From Fibrobacteria bacterium (GTDB lineage Bacteria > Fibrobacterota > Fibrobacteria > UBA11236 > JADFYW01): a stretch of 64,000 nt of DNA. The stretch covers positions 8,083 to 72,082 of the forward strand of contig JBNKOC010000003.1 of assembly GCA_050294405.1 (NCBI GenBank), in the 5' to 3' direction. The notes beneath the pieces are model-generated. The model saw only the letters and a program-made list of their open reading frames with translations, was not told where the DNA came from and did no database searches. The first letter of the stretch is position 1; each line of letters begins with the position of its first letter. Below, one piece after another: positions 1-10,209 of the stretch. The translations under genes and the position numbers were made by a program.

Positions 1-2
1 AT

Positions 3-1430
3 GAATGGGTGGACCATATCGGCGCCTATTTTATTCAATCCATTACCATTAACGATCGCGTCAAAATGCTGGCCGGTATTGGGGGCAGTTTTCAGTTTAG
101 AAAGCCCCAGGTGAACGGTGTGGCTTTTGAGGCTTCTTCCCGGGGAGCGCCTTTTTTAGGTCCTATCGGTATGGCAAGCTATGCTTTTGGCGATGTGGAA
201 AACCCCTATCTGGAAATTTCCGCCGGAAGTATTGCCTATAAATACAATTCTAACTCCAAAGTTTTAGGGGAGTACTTATTTCGTTCTTCTCCCTATCCCA
301 CCTTACTGCGCACTGGCGGTTATCAGATTGTAAACAACTCAAAGGCTTATTTAAGAGGTCTTAAAGCAAGCTATAAACACGAGGGCTTTAGTGCAGACTT
401 ATTGCTGACCACGGAAACATCTTTACCTCCGCTATTTGACTTTTCTTTGGGAGCGGTAGCAAAATATTCTTTGTTTGGCGGGGTACTGGAACTTGGCGCC
501 GGATTTTTATCAAAAAGTTTAATACCCGTAGATCCCGATAGAACTCAGCCTAAACACGATGACTACGCCTATTTTAACTACAACGGAAAATACTATTTAA
601 CCAGCGCCAGTTATTATCGGACCTACCGAATATATTATGATGACCGTCTGTTTGCCGCGGCCGAAGAAATTGAAGGCAGCTTGCCCGGGTTTGATGTGGA
701 TACTGTGGGAGCAACCCTCTCCCAGGAATTGACATTGGCCTTGACCCAAAATGGTGTGGACCCCAACCGTTTTGCTTCTGATTTGGCCCAGCGAAACAAG
801 TGGGACTCCGAATTGACTACAGTGCTTGATGTTAAGGATTCCCTTATAGCCAATAACATGGTGGAGTACTATACATTTGCGGGAACCAGTATAATGGGAA
901 TGGCAAGTCTGGATATTCAAAAATGGCTGCCCATTTCTTTTTTAGGCGAGCAGGACTTAAAAATGTATTTCGAAGTGAATTTACTTGGTATTGAAAATTA
1001 TCCGGTGCTTTTTGAAAACCGTATGGACAGGGTTCCACTGGTTTTCGGCATAAACCTGCCCACATTTAAAATTCTGGATTTGTTATCCTTCGAATACGAA
1101 ATTTGGAACAACCCTCATTTAAACAACAGTTATAACATTGGAAAAACCAACCGAGTAGCGCCCTATTTACCTACGGAAGGGCCTCTGGATGGTTCGGACG
1201 CGCTTACTAAAAACGATTTTAACGACGCTACCCAAAGAGATAACATCAAATGGGCCATTATGGCAGAAAAGAAAATTGGAAACAATATCCATATTAGAGC
1301 GCAGGCGGGGCGCACCCATTTGCAGCTCACCGGAACAGCCTTTTTCTTTGGACCCCAGTATTTAACCCAGGAAGTCACTACTTTGCCCGATGATTGGTAC
1401 TGGATGTGTCAGCTGGAGTGGGGAATTTAA
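3..1430 (+). CDS. 5'-truncated hypothetical outer-membrane beta-barrel-like protein
   Basis: The frame is open from the window edge. Amphipathic beta-strand patterns, and a C-terminal strand with aromatic residues (WYWMCQLEWGI). Confidence 0.6.
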   Translation, partial: EWVDHIGAYFIQSITINDRVKMLAGIGGSFQFRKPQVNGVAFEASSRGAPFLGPIGMASYAFGDVENPYLEISAGSIAYKYNSNSKVLGEYLFRSSPYPTLLRTGGYQIVNNSKAYLRGLKASYKHEGFSADLLLTTETSLPPLFDFSLGAVAKYSLFGGVLELGAGFLSKSLIPVDPDRTQPKHDDYAYFNYNGKYYLTSASYYRTYRIYYDDRLFAAAEEIEGSLPGFDVDTVGATLSQELTLALTQNGVDPNRFASDLAQRNKWDSELTTVLDVKDSLIANNMVEYYTFAGTSIMGMASLDIQKWLPISFLGEQDLKMYFEVNLLGIENYPVLFENRMDRVPLVFGINLPTFKILDLLSFEYEIWNNPHLNNSYNIGKTNRVAPYLPTEGPLDGSDALTKNDFNDATQRDNIKWAIMAEKKIGNNIHIRAQAGRTHLQLTGTAFFFGPQYLTQEVTTLPDDWYWMCQLEWGI

Positions 1431-1549
1431 GGGAAAATGGCTAAAAACAAAATAATTAGCACTAATTTAGAGCAAAATTACAAAGTCAATTTTAAAAAGT
1501 TTGGTAAATTACCACTAAGAGTGGGAGACTGGGTTTCTCAGGGGGATAT

Positions 1550-2647
1550 ATGAAAAAAGTAAAAATCGCATTAATGGCCGGTATTTTAACCGGAGGCTTG
1601 GCCTTTAGCCAGGACAATACATTAACTCCGGAAGAAATTGAGGCCGGTTGGGAATTGTTGTTTGACGGAACTGAAGCCAGTTTAGAAGACTGGACAGTTT
1701 GGGGAAGCGACAATGAAAATAACAACAGAGATATTACCGCAGCCAGATGGGGCGTACAGAATGGTATGATGACCGTGGATAGAAACGGCTCTGATATTCG
1801 CACTGACCGAAAATACAGCGACTTTGTGGTAACCATGGATTACCAAACCGACGGCAATCAGGGCTTTATGTATAGGGCTTCTCTTTGCGGTTCTGATATT
1901 TGGTGGTCCGCCATTGAGGTGGCCATTGATAATAACACTACCGATATCGAATGGACTAAAACCCCCGGGGCTGCTTATTCTTTATACGAGCCTTCCACCA
2001 ATAACTTTAAGGCTAATCAAATTAATAACCTTACCGTAATAGCCATTGAAGATTCAGTGGAACACTGGCACAACGGAGAAAAATTACTGGGTTTTAAATA
2101 TTGGTCCGATGATTTTGAAAGCCAGTTTAATTTGTTTTGGCGTACTCGCGAAAACAATGACAAGCCCCTTTGTTTTGCCCGTCCTTATGAACCCGGTGGA
2201 CAACCAGACCAAACAACCTACGCCAGCGAAGGCTACATTGGCCTGCAGGGCAACCACGGCGGCTATTGGCAAATCAAAAATTTTAAAATTTTGGAGAATC
2301 CTGTTGTTGGATGTATGAAACCCGGTTGGACAAACCATAATCCCTACGCCAACTTTGATTATTGGGGCACTGAAGATTGCGGAGACACTGTAATAGTAAG
2401 TTCTGTGGAAGATATGGCTGCCCAAAATTGGTATCAGGTTCAGCCCGGGAATAATAAGTTAACTGTTTCGTTGAATCATATTCAAAATGAAGTTGATGTA
2501 TCTGTACACGATATTATGGGGCAACAGTTAGAAGAGGTTAAAAACGCCCAGGCTGGAAATTATTCTTTTAAATTAGAACAGGGAATTTACTTTATAAGGT
2601 TAAAGTCCCTATCCGAAGAAATAACCCAGCGGGTATTTATTCAATAA
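1550..2647 (+). CDS. DUF1080 (3-keto-disaccharide hydrolase family) secreted protein with T9SS-like C-terminal domain
   Basis: Signal peptide; NTLTPEEIEAGWELLFDG, VEHWHNG and GYIGLQGNHG motifs; C-terminal HDIMGQ...GIYFIRL tail. Confidence 0.85.
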   Translation: MKKVKIALMAGILTGGLAFSQDNTLTPEEIEAGWELLFDGTEASLEDWTVWGSDNENNNRDITAARWGVQNGMMTVDRNGSDIRTDRKYSDFVVTMDYQTDGNQGFMYRASLCGSDIWWSAIEVAIDNNTTDIEWTKTPGAAYSLYEPSTNNFKANQINNLTVIAIEDSVEHWHNGEKLLGFKYWSDDFESQFNLFWRTRENNDKPLCFARPYEPGGQPDQTTYASEGYIGLQGNHGGYWQIKNFKILENPVVGCMKPGWTNHNPYANFDYWGTEDCGDTVIVSSVEDMAAQNWYQVQPGNNKLTVSLNHIQNEVDVSVHDIMGQQLEEVKNAQAGNYSFKLEQGIYFIRLKSLSEEITQRVFIQ

Positions 2648-2664
2648 AAATTATAGTTGGAACT

Positions 2665-2692
2665 AAAAGCCCGGAAACATCCGGGCTTTTTT
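2665..2692. terminator. Bidirectional rho-independent terminator
   Basis: AAAAGCCCGGA-aaca-TCCGGGCTTTT(TT) between convergent genes. Confidence 0.85.
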
Positions 2693-2706
2693 AATGCTAA
2701 TTTTAC

Positions 2707-4647
2707 TTACTGGATGGGTTCTACGGTTAAGGTGGCTGTTTCGGAGCTTACTGTTCCTGCGGGATTGGTAACATCGCAACTAAATTGGCTTCCATCATCC
2801 GTTATGCTAGTTACTGATATTGTGTAACTTGAAAAAACTTCTCCTTGCAAAACTGAACCGTTGCGGCGCCATTGGTAAGTAAGGGATCCTCCAGTAGCCG
2901 CTATACTAAAGGCCGCTTGGGCTCCCTCATCCACAGTTAGGCTTCTTGGTTGAGTGATTATTACTGGTTTTGCGTCGATTCTTACGGTGGTTTCAGTGGA
3001 ATTGATGGTTCCACGGGTATTCGAAATTTTACAGTAATATTTGTCTCCATTATTTGCCATAGTCAGTTTCTGGGATGTATATCCTGGTTCTGTTTCCATA
3101 GTTAGCGCTTCTCCGTTTCTGTACCATCGGTATAAAATTGGGTTAGTTCCCACAGCACGTACGTAAAGCGCCATGATTCTATCTTGTAGTATGACAGTAT
3201 CCTCCGGAATGTCTGTAATTAAAATAGGGGGAGAGTGGACAACAAGATCCACTTCTTGGCTTACTACAGACCCTTCTGAATTGGACACAACCACCCGATA
3301 CTTTTCTTCATCTTCCAAAGTGGTTTTTGAAATTACTAATTGAGAGTCATTTTCTCCTTCAATATCTTCTCTGTCTTTTTGCCACTGGTAAGTTAAATCT
3401 GTCCCAGTAGCTTTTACAAAAATTATGGCCTCTTCCCCTATTTCCACTTCGGTTTTAGCGGGTTGGATTTCAATTGAGGGAGCCACCGGGATTACAGCTA
3501 TGTTAAGAATTGCCTCTAAACTGGTATCGCTGCCGGCGGCATTGCTTACTATGGCGCTATATTTGGATGAATTATCGTCCATTGTAGGGTTATCCAGGAA
3601 CAAAGAGATGGAGTCTGCGCCTTCAATATTTTTCTTGTCTTTTTGCCATTGGATGTTGGTTATTTCCCCTGTGGCGGTAATACTAAAGCTAGCAGTTTCT
3701 CCAAGAGTAATATAAACATCCTGGGGGTCTGATGTGATAACCGGAGGACTCGTCTTAATAGTATCTGGAGTTTGGTTTTCAGCCCTCACATGTAATACAG
3801 CGGTGGAAGAACTCAGCTTTTCAAACTCATTGTAAACTTCCACGTAAAATACTGAGCCGCTGTCCTCCAGAGAAACTGAATTAATTGTGAGATTGGGGAC
3901 ATCGTTATTGTTCACCGCGATGTTATTTTTATACCACTGGTAATTTACATCGCTTTGGTTGACTGATACGCTAAAACTGGCTTCTTCGCCGACTGTGGCT
4001 TGAACATCCTGAGGTTGTGAAAGAAACTCAATTTCAGTTATGGGAGGTTCTCCTCCCATAACTGAAACTAAAATACTATCTGAGATTCCTTCTGATGCAG
4101 CTTTGATATAACATTGGCCCGCTGCCACTTGGCTAACCACACCCTCGGAGGATACGCTGGCCACATTAGTATTGCTGCTGCTCCATTTTATGTTAGCGTT
4201 CCAACTTGAGGGAAAGGAGGCTATACTCAAAATTTTGGGGTCACCGGTTAAATCGAGAAAAGCTTGCCTTGGCGTGATTTCCAGCTTGCGTTCGATAATT
4301 AGGCTTCCACTGACAAAGCGATAGGGATATTCGGAAGTTGAAATGAGCAACCCCTCTTTGTTATATAGCTGGATAAACAAACTGAGATCTTCGGGAGTCA
4401 AATCTACAATCCACTCCCCATCCAATGCTGATCCTTCAAAAACAACTGTGCTGTCACCACTTTTTCCAATTACATATAGCCTCATGGTTTTTGCGGAATC
4501 AGAAAGAATGTCTTTGTTGGGAAGGACAACCTGAACCTTTACTTTATCACCATCTCCGTTGGATTGGAGGCAATGAAAAAAAGCAAAAGAGAGAGAAAGG
4601 ACCAAAAAGACAGTCCAAAACCTTTTAGTATTAATATTTGAAATCAT
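2707..4647 (-). CDS. Ig-like repeat surface (lipo)protein (Big_2-like domain plus 5 Ig-like repeats)
   Basis: Start reassigned to ATG 4647 (MISNINTK), giving a signal peptide ending FFHC. WSSSNTNVASVSSEGVV motif; repeated ITxQP...YQWxK/R...Y/F units. Confidence 0.85.
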   Translation of the reverse strand: MISNINTKRFWTVFLVLSLSFAFFHCLQSNGDGDKVKVQVVLPNKDILSDSAKTMRLYVIGKSGDSTVVFEGSALDGEWIVDLTPEDLSLFIQLYNKEGLLISTSEYPYRFVSGSLIIERKLEITPRQAFLDLTGDPKILSIASFPSSWNANIKWSSSNTNVASVSSEGVVSQVAAGQCYIKAASEGISDSILVSVMGGEPPITEIEFLSQPQDVQATVGEEASFSVSVNQSDVNYQWYKNNIAVNNNDVPNLTINSVSLEDSGSVFYVEVYNEFEKLSSSTAVLHVRAENQTPDTIKTSPPVITSDPQDVYITLGETASFSITATGEITNIQWQKDKKNIEGADSISLFLDNPTMDDNSSKYSAIVSNAAGSDTSLEAILNIAVIPVAPSIEIQPAKTEVEIGEEAIIFVKATGTDLTYQWQKDREDIEGENDSQLVISKTTLEDEEKYRVVVSNSEGSVVSQEVDLVVHSPPILITDIPEDTVILQDRIMALYVRAVGTNPILYRWYRNGEALTMETEPGYTSQKLTMANNGDKYYCKISNTRGTINSTETTVRIDAKPVIITQPRSLTVDEGAQAAFSIAATGGSLTYQWRRNGSVLQGEVFSSYTISVTSITDDGSQFSCDVTNPAGTVSSETATLTVEPIQ

Positions 4648-4678
4648 ATGCCTTGAGATAAAATTCCAGAGATTGTGA

Positions 4679-7600
4679 TTAATCCTTGGTGCACCGCACC
4701 GCACGTCTTTCACTGGATGTTGAAACATTTGGGTTTAGATATGGGTAAATAGTCCTTAGTTCCATATTGCAAATGTTCCCGCTATTCCCAGCACAAAAGA
4801 AATAGGCGTTATCGGCATCTCCATTGCTGGGCCCATTTGCATAGGCAGACCCGGTGTAATAACCTCCACGGCGGGCGGAAAAACCACTTTCATTGGTACC
4901 CACAACGCCTCCAATTGTAGCCCCTGCTTCAATTAACTTGGGTGCCGTACTTATGCTGCTCATTCCCCCTTGAGATTGGATAAGGTATAGATAATCATTA
5001 TATGAAGCTAGCGACCACCCGGAGGGACAGGCTGCCTTGGCCGCTGTCCAGTCATATAACCGCCCATAGGTTTCTGCCAATTTACAATAATCATCATAAC
5101 ATGAACTTATACCCACGTTTGCAATCCAATTCATATTTCTTTGGGTCCAGCACTCTCCATTAATAAGTACAGTGGGATAAAAAGTCTGGTCTCTTGGGTC
5201 TACCAGATCATCTCCGCATCCCCATGTAGTTGCATTTGCCACATTTGAGGGACTTGCGTTTCCTGTGGAGTTGTAGGCCAAAATCTGATAGTAATATCTG
5301 TTACCATCGCCTACTCCTGTATTGGTATAGGCTTTTACATTTGCTCCAACGGTAGCTATTGTTTGAAAGCCACTGTTGGATTGAGTGCTGCGTTGGACGC
5401 GAAAACCAGATTCATTGGTTGAGTTGTCCGCCCAGGTTAATGCAATGGTCCCGTAGTCCGGACTAGTGGCTACAAGGTTGCTGGCAGGGCTTGGCAGCAT
5501 ATCCTGAACTGTTAAAATAGCGGTAGAGGAGGTTACAGAGCCAGCAGCATTTGTGATTACAACCCGATAGGTAGATGCATCGTCATTTAGGCTAACCGAG
5601 GAAAGCGTAAGAGAGGTTCCTGTTTGTCCGGCCATGTTGCTGTTATTCTTTTGCCATTGATAACTAAGGGTTCCATCGCCGGTAGCCACTACTGTGAAAC
5701 GTACCTGGTCACCAACAGTAGCGGTTTGGCTGGCTGGTTGGGTAATAATGGAGGGCTTAGCTATGACTGTAATTGCAGCAATACTTGAAAAGGCCTCACC
5801 GGCTGCATTGGAAACCCGGCAATAATATTCAGCTCCATTGTCGGCCGGGGTAAAGCTTGGGGTTCTGTAGGAAGCCGAAGTGGCTCCGCTTATGGCTCCG
5901 GCATTTTTATACCATTGGTATTGAAGTGGAGTGCTACCTGAGGCTGTTATTGCGAGAGTGATAGCCTGGCCTTCGTTTACTGTGGAGCTGGAAATATCGT
6001 TTGTAATTGTGGGGGGAATAATAACAGTTAAGCTCGCAGCGTTGCTGTTTTCACTACCTTCGCTATTGCTAACCACAACGCGGTAACTTCCGGCATTAGT
6101 GGAAGAAACTCCCGAAAGGCTTAATTGGGAACTGGTGGCTCCCGTAATATTAGCTCCGTCTTTTTGCCATTGGAATTGAAGGTTGGTTCCTGTGGCCACC
6201 ACGGAAAAGCTGGCATTTTCACCCTCGTTCACAGTAACATCTACTGGGTGGGTGCTTATGCTGGGAGGAATAATATTTTCATCCACTGTTAAAGTGACTT
6301 CCAGGCTAGTGGCAGAGCCTGCACTATTGGTTATTACGACCTTAAAAATGGCCCCGTCATCGCTGAGCTGTGTGGAGTTTATGGTATAACTGTCATTTGT
6401 GGCTCCTGGAATATTTACCCCATCCCGTTGCCACTGGATAGTTGGGTTGGTACCTGTATATGCCACATTAAAAGTGGCCGGTTCCCCTTCGGTTACGGAT
6501 ACATTGGAAGGTTGCGTTGTAATTGCAGGAATGATAATTTCTTCTGCAACATTAAGAGTGGCTTCAGTACTGGAAACAGAGCCTTCAGAATTGCTTGCTG
6601 TGGCAGAAAACTTTGCCCCATCATCGCTCAAAGATGTAGGGTTGATAATTAAAGTTAAAGAAGTCTCCCCGGGTATATCCACACCGTCCCGCTTCCACTG
6701 CACACTGGGGCTAGTTCCGCTCACTGCCACTGTAAAACTTGCAGATTCGCCTTCGGTAACGGATATATTCGCGGGATTTTCTGTTATAGTTGGAGCGATT
6801 ATATTTTCGGAAACAGTAAGAGTGGCCGCGGCACTTGTGGCGGAGCCAGCGGAATTAGTGGCAACAGCGCTGAAAGTGGCGCCATCATCTGATTGGGTAG
6901 TCACATCTATTGTTATGGTTTTGGAATTTGCGCCAGGAATGTCCACTCCATCCCTTTGCCACTTGATGCTGGGATTGGTTCCGGCGGTTGTGACTGTAAA
7001 TGAGGCGGATTCTCCTTCTTTGACAGTTACATCCACAGGATCTGCCGTAATCTCCGGCGCAATTATTTGTTCACTTACAGTTAGGATAGCCTCTGTGCTG
7101 GTAACAGAGCCGACGGAATTAGTAGCAATTGCGCGGAAGGCTGCGCCGTTGTCGAGCATGGTCGCTGCCGCAATAGAAAGGGTGTTTGAATTTTCGCCGG
7201 TTATATCCACACCATCCCGTTGCCATTGAATGCTTGCATTGGGGTCGCTTGCCAATACTGTAAATTGAGCGGGGCTGTTCAGGATAACCGAAACATCTTG
7301 AGGGTGGGTGATAATTTCAGGTGGAAGATCTGTGGTTCCGTTCGAAATTACAGATAAGGTTACCGGAACAGATTGCTCTGAGCCCAAGGAGTTACTAACT
7401 TCGACCATAATAACTGCTCCATTGTCAGATAACAATGCGCTGGGAATATTATAAACATTGGATTGGGCTCCAATAATGGATCCGCCATTTTTATACCATT
7501 GGTAAGTTGGGTTTGTGCCGGTGGCAATAACAAAAAAGTTAGCGGGTTCTCCTTCGCTAACATTAACATCAACTGGTTGAGTAACTATGACTACGGGATT

Positions 7601-8473
7601 TACGGATTCTACTACCAATAAAACGGCAGAATTGCTGGTGATGGTCTGGGCTTGGCTGTTAATGACGCATTGGTATGCACCGCCGTTCATTTCCAATGTG
7701 GTGGCTGGGATGGTAAAAAGAGGGGAATTAGCCCCGGGTATATCTGCGCCATTTAATTGCCATTGATAAACTGGTGAATCCCCAGACGCCTCTACAGAAA
7801 AACTGGCAGGCTCTCCGGCAAGGACCTCTAAACCAACAGGTTGGTTTAGAATTTCAAGGGGGGTTACATTGGGAGAATTGTCTACCACAATCACCTCAAT
7901 ACTATCCATTACATTTTCCGATTCTACCTTGACCCAGCAATTGCCTCCGGAAACCGGCGTTACGACGCCCTGGGAGCTAACACTGGCTACTAATGGATTG
8001 CTAGTGCTCCATTGCATGGCAGGAGACCAACTGGAAGGAAAACTGGCAACACCCAATAACACAGGTTCGGAGCTTAATAATAGATTCAATTGGCGGGGGG
8101 TGATTTCAAGCTTGGATTGAATTTTAAAAGTATTGGCTGCATATCTGTAGGGATAGCTGCTGCTAATAAGAAGGGTTCCGTTTTCGTCGTAAAGTTCCAC
8201 CAATAGAATAACATTTTCCGTTGGAAATTTTGTTTCCCAGGGGCCAGTTAAATTCGGGCCCTGGTAGAATAAAGTGGTATCGCCTTTTGCACTAATAACA
8301 TACGCCTTGGTAGTTGCCGCGGACTCGGTAACAATATCCTTATTGGGTAAATCAATGCGCACTTTGACAGTGCCGTCTCCATTGTTTGAATTGATGCAAG
8401 AGTTTAATAATACTAACATGAGGAGAGCTAAGCTCAAAACTCCCCATTGGAATTTTTTATTCTTCTTTTCCAT
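4679..8473 (-). CDS. Large surface lipoprotein: Big_2-like domain, 9 Ig-like repeats, FN3 and C-terminal FISUMP (Fib_succ_major) domain
   Basis: Lipobox LNSC; nine ITxQP..QWQRDG repeats; FN3 motif LTWADNSTNESGFRVQR; FISUMP motifs DPRD..YPTV.I..ECW..RN, YGRLYDW, ACPSGW and VRCTKD. Confidence 0.9.
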   Translation of the reverse strand: MEKKNKKFQWGVLSLALLMLVLLNSCINSNNGDGTVKVRIDLPNKDIVTESAATTKAYVISAKGDTTLFYQGPNLTGPWETKFPTENVILLVELYDENGTLLISSSYPYRYAANTFKIQSKLEITPRQLNLLLSSEPVLLGVASFPSSWSPAMQWSTSNPLVASVSSQGVVTPVSGGNCWVKVESENVMDSIEVIVVDNSPNVTPLEILNQPVGLEVLAGEPASFSVEASGDSPVYQWQLNGADIPGANSPLFTIPATTLEMNGGAYQCVINSQAQTITSNSAVLLVVESVNPVVIVTQPVDVNVSEGEPANFFVIATGTNPTYQWYKNGGSIIGAQSNVYNIPSALLSDNGAVIMVEVSNSLGSEQSVPVTLSVISNGTTDLPPEIITHPQDVSVILNSPAQFTVLASDPNASIQWQRDGVDITGENSNTLSIAAATMLDNGAAFRAIATNSVGSVTSTEAILTVSEQIIAPEITADPVDVTVKEGESASFTVTTAGTNPSIKWQRDGVDIPGANSKTITIDVTTQSDDGATFSAVATNSAGSATSAAATLTVSENIIAPTITENPANISVTEGESASFTVAVSGTSPSVQWKRDGVDIPGETSLTLIINPTSLSDDGAKFSATASNSEGSVSSTEATLNVAEEIIIPAITTQPSNVSVTEGEPATFNVAYTGTNPTIQWQRDGVNIPGATNDSYTINSTQLSDDGAIFKVVITNSAGSATSLEVTLTVDENIIPPSISTHPVDVTVNEGENASFSVVATGTNLQFQWQKDGANITGATSSQLSLSGVSSTNAGSYRVVVSNSEGSENSNAASLTVIIPPTITNDISSSTVNEGQAITLAITASGSTPLQYQWYKNAGAISGATSASYRTPSFTPADNGAEYYCRVSNAAGEAFSSIAAITVIAKPSIITQPASQTATVGDQVRFTVVATGDGTLSYQWQKNNSNMAGQTGTSLTLSSVSLNDDASTYRVVITNAAGSVTSSTAILTVQDMLPSPASNLVATSPDYGTIALTWADNSTNESGFRVQRSTQSNSGFQTIATVGANVKAYTNTGVGDGNRYYYQILAYNSTGNASPSNVANATTWGCGDDLVDPRDQTFYPTVLINGECWTQRNMNWIANVGISSCYDDYCKLAETYGRLYDWTAAKAACPSGWSLASYNDYLYLIQSQGGMSSISTAPKLIEAGATIGGVVGTNESGFSARRGGYYTGSAYANGPSNGDADNAYFFCAGNSGNICNMELRTIYPYLNPNVSTSSERRAVRCTKD

Positions 8474-8714
8474 TTTTACTTCTATGTTAAACGATTGAAA
8501 TTGCCGATTGAATCAAAAAATAGTTAAAGATTTTATTAACTAAAGATTTCGTCGAACAAACGTTGTTGTCCTTTTAAAGATAAAAAAAATTAATAAAAAT
8601 CAAATAGATGCAAAAATTATTACACATACATTAAATTGCTAATGTTAATGAGAATAATATTTAAAACTTAACCGATATTCCCCCTTAAAAATTAGGCAAG
8701 GTCTTTTTGTTTTG

Positions 8715-8758
8715 AAAAGCTTCAGCCAATAAGGATTCAATCCAAAATTAGCTGAAGC
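8715..8758 (-). terminator. Putative rho-independent terminator (minus strand)
   Basis: Minus strand reads GCTTCAGCTAAT...ATTGGCTGAAGC (12-bp stem with one G-U) followed by TTTT. Confidence 0.6.
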
Positions 8759-8764
8759 GTGATC

Positions 8765-8924
8765 AAGGCATCCATAGGAAAATTTTTTCTGGACAGAGGA
8801 CAATGAAATGGGAGGGAAAGTACGGTAAGGTACCCCATGCCAAATACTCCGACGGACTGTGGATTATGTTTTTGTAAACGAATTAACAGCCACGACAGAT
8901 AGAATCGGCCTATGGCATTGCCCT
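8765..8924 (-). ncRNA. Candidate structured non-coding RNA or leader RNA (unassigned family)
   Basis: Begins 7 nt after a TTGACA-N17-TACTTT promoter. The 5' AGGGCA..CCATAGG pairs with the 3' CCTATGG.TGCCTT. Internal hairpins are present and a terminator follows. Confidence 0.45.
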
Positions 8925-8930
8925 AGGCTA

Positions 8931-8959
8931 AAAGTACCCAGTAATTCTGGGCTTGTCAA
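8931..8959 (-). promoter_or_regulatory. Sigma70-type promoter
   Basis: TTGACA (8959-8954), 17-nt spacer, TACTTT (8936-8931) on the minus strand. The spacer also contains a CCCAG/CTGGG hairpin. Confidence 0.6.
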
Positions 8960-8980
8960 GCGAAGCTTTTTTAATTCTGT

Positions 8981-10063
8981 TTAATGCTTTTGAATGAGCA
9001 GTTGAGGCACGGCTTGGCTTTGCTGTCCCTTCAAATTTAAATAATTGCCTGTATTTCCTCCAAATCGGAGAAAGTATTCTCCAGGCCTATCTATTCCTTT
9101 ATGCCTGTATTGAGAAATGGCTACTGTGGGTAATGATATTACAGATTCTACAATCTCGATTAATTCTTCATTCCCGGCTTCCACCGATATTTCTGGAACA
9201 CTCCGCAGGTACCATTTAACCTCCCAGATTAATGAATCTCCTGGAGCAATTTCTGTATAAGGACCCTGATGTTCCAATTCAAAAAAATTGGAGGCGGTAT
9301 AAATTTCAATTTCATTTTCGTTTGGAGCCTTCTGACTTTCAGGCGTGTCTTCAAATTTTTTTATAAGAAATTGGCCTTTTGAATTAACATGGGTTAGCCA
9401 ACCATCGCTTGCATCTGCAAAAATTTTTCGGGTAGTTTGCGGGTCTGACCAGTCAAACCAAATGGCTCCAGACATTTCTGGGAGTTCGTTTGGAGTTTGG
9501 CCATCTCCTTTTAGCCAAAAACTAAGGCCTGTTTTGGGTATTCGAGTCACTTCCCAGGGACCCACATTAATGGCGGAGGCCTTTTCATTGATCATGGCAT
9601 AGCGAATCAAAATGGATGTATCCGCATGGTTTCCAATGTAGGTCTTTCTAAATCGTAATCCGGTGGATTCATCAATACCGCTGGTGAGGACAACCGAATC
9701 TCCATCAATTCCGCCATTGTAGGGCTGGCTATCCAGGGCTCTTGGGGGAGGCCAGGGCCAATTTTGTGGACTGGGCCAAAAAGTAGAACCTCTTTGCTCC
9801 GTGGCACCTTCTGTAATGATAAATTCTTCCCCATCCAGTTTTACGGAACTAATTCTTCCAGCTAGTTCAGGGTCAATTTCAATGCGCATGTTGTGGATTT
9901 CAAATACGATTTTCCCGTTTTCCAGGGTAGGGGGATTTGCCAAGATTTGCTGGGGAGATAGGGTTATGCCTGCATATAAGGTTATCCCTAAAAAACTACC
10001 GGGCAAAATGGCTTTTACTGAAGCAAGATTTAATTTGAACAAGCTCGAAATGCGGGCATGCAT
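8981..10063 (-). CDS. DUF4380-like (galactose mutarotase-like fold) secreted protein
   Basis: GRISS, GSTFWPSPQ, PWEVTR and ELEHQGPY motifs; N-terminal signal region. Confidence 0.7.
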   Translation of the reverse strand: MHARISSLFKLNLASVKAILPGSFLGITLYAGITLSPQQILANPPTLENGKIVFEIHNMRIEIDPELAGRISSVKLDGEEFIITEGATEQRGSTFWPSPQNWPWPPPRALDSQPYNGGIDGDSVVLTSGIDESTGLRFRKTYIGNHADTSILIRYAMINEKASAINVGPWEVTRIPKTGLSFWLKGDGQTPNELPEMSGAIWFDWSDPQTTRKIFADASDGWLTHVNSKGQFLIKKFEDTPESQKAPNENEIEIYTASNFFELEHQGPYTEIAPGDSLIWEVKWYLRSVPEISVEAGNEELIEIVESVISLPTVAISQYRHKGIDRPGEYFLRFGGNTGNYLNLKGQQSQAVPQLLIQKH

Positions 10064-10209
10064 ATTTTTGGAACCCCCTGATAGATAAAATCTGTTAATT
10101 CTGGACCCTTCCCCAGTCCATAATATAGAGAGATACCGAAAAAAGGCAATTCACTTTTGTGTAACTCCTTTAAAATTAAATGAGAGGTTTGGTCCAATTG
10201 GCGATTCTT

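Noticed and set aside
4679..5220. FISUMP tip as a diversity-generating retroelement target
   Set aside because: No template-repeat copy or reverse transcriptase was seen in the window.
6183..8498. Long plus-strand ORFs (e.g. 6399..7229) and the many other short overlapping ORFs in the track
   Set aside because: They are antisense or alternate-frame shadows of well-supported genes, with no motifs or RBS.
8737..8838. 33-aa minus-strand ORF (MGYLTVLSLPF...) with a GGAG upstream, inside the candidate RNA
   Set aside because: It has no TM helix typical of type I toxins and its stop falls within the terminator hairpin. It cannot be supported without conservation data.
8765..8924. Assignment of the structured RNA as 6S, SRP or retron msr-msd
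   Set aside because: It does not fold by eye into a single long 6S rod, lacks the SRP GGAA-loop motif, and there is no reverse transcriptase nearby.
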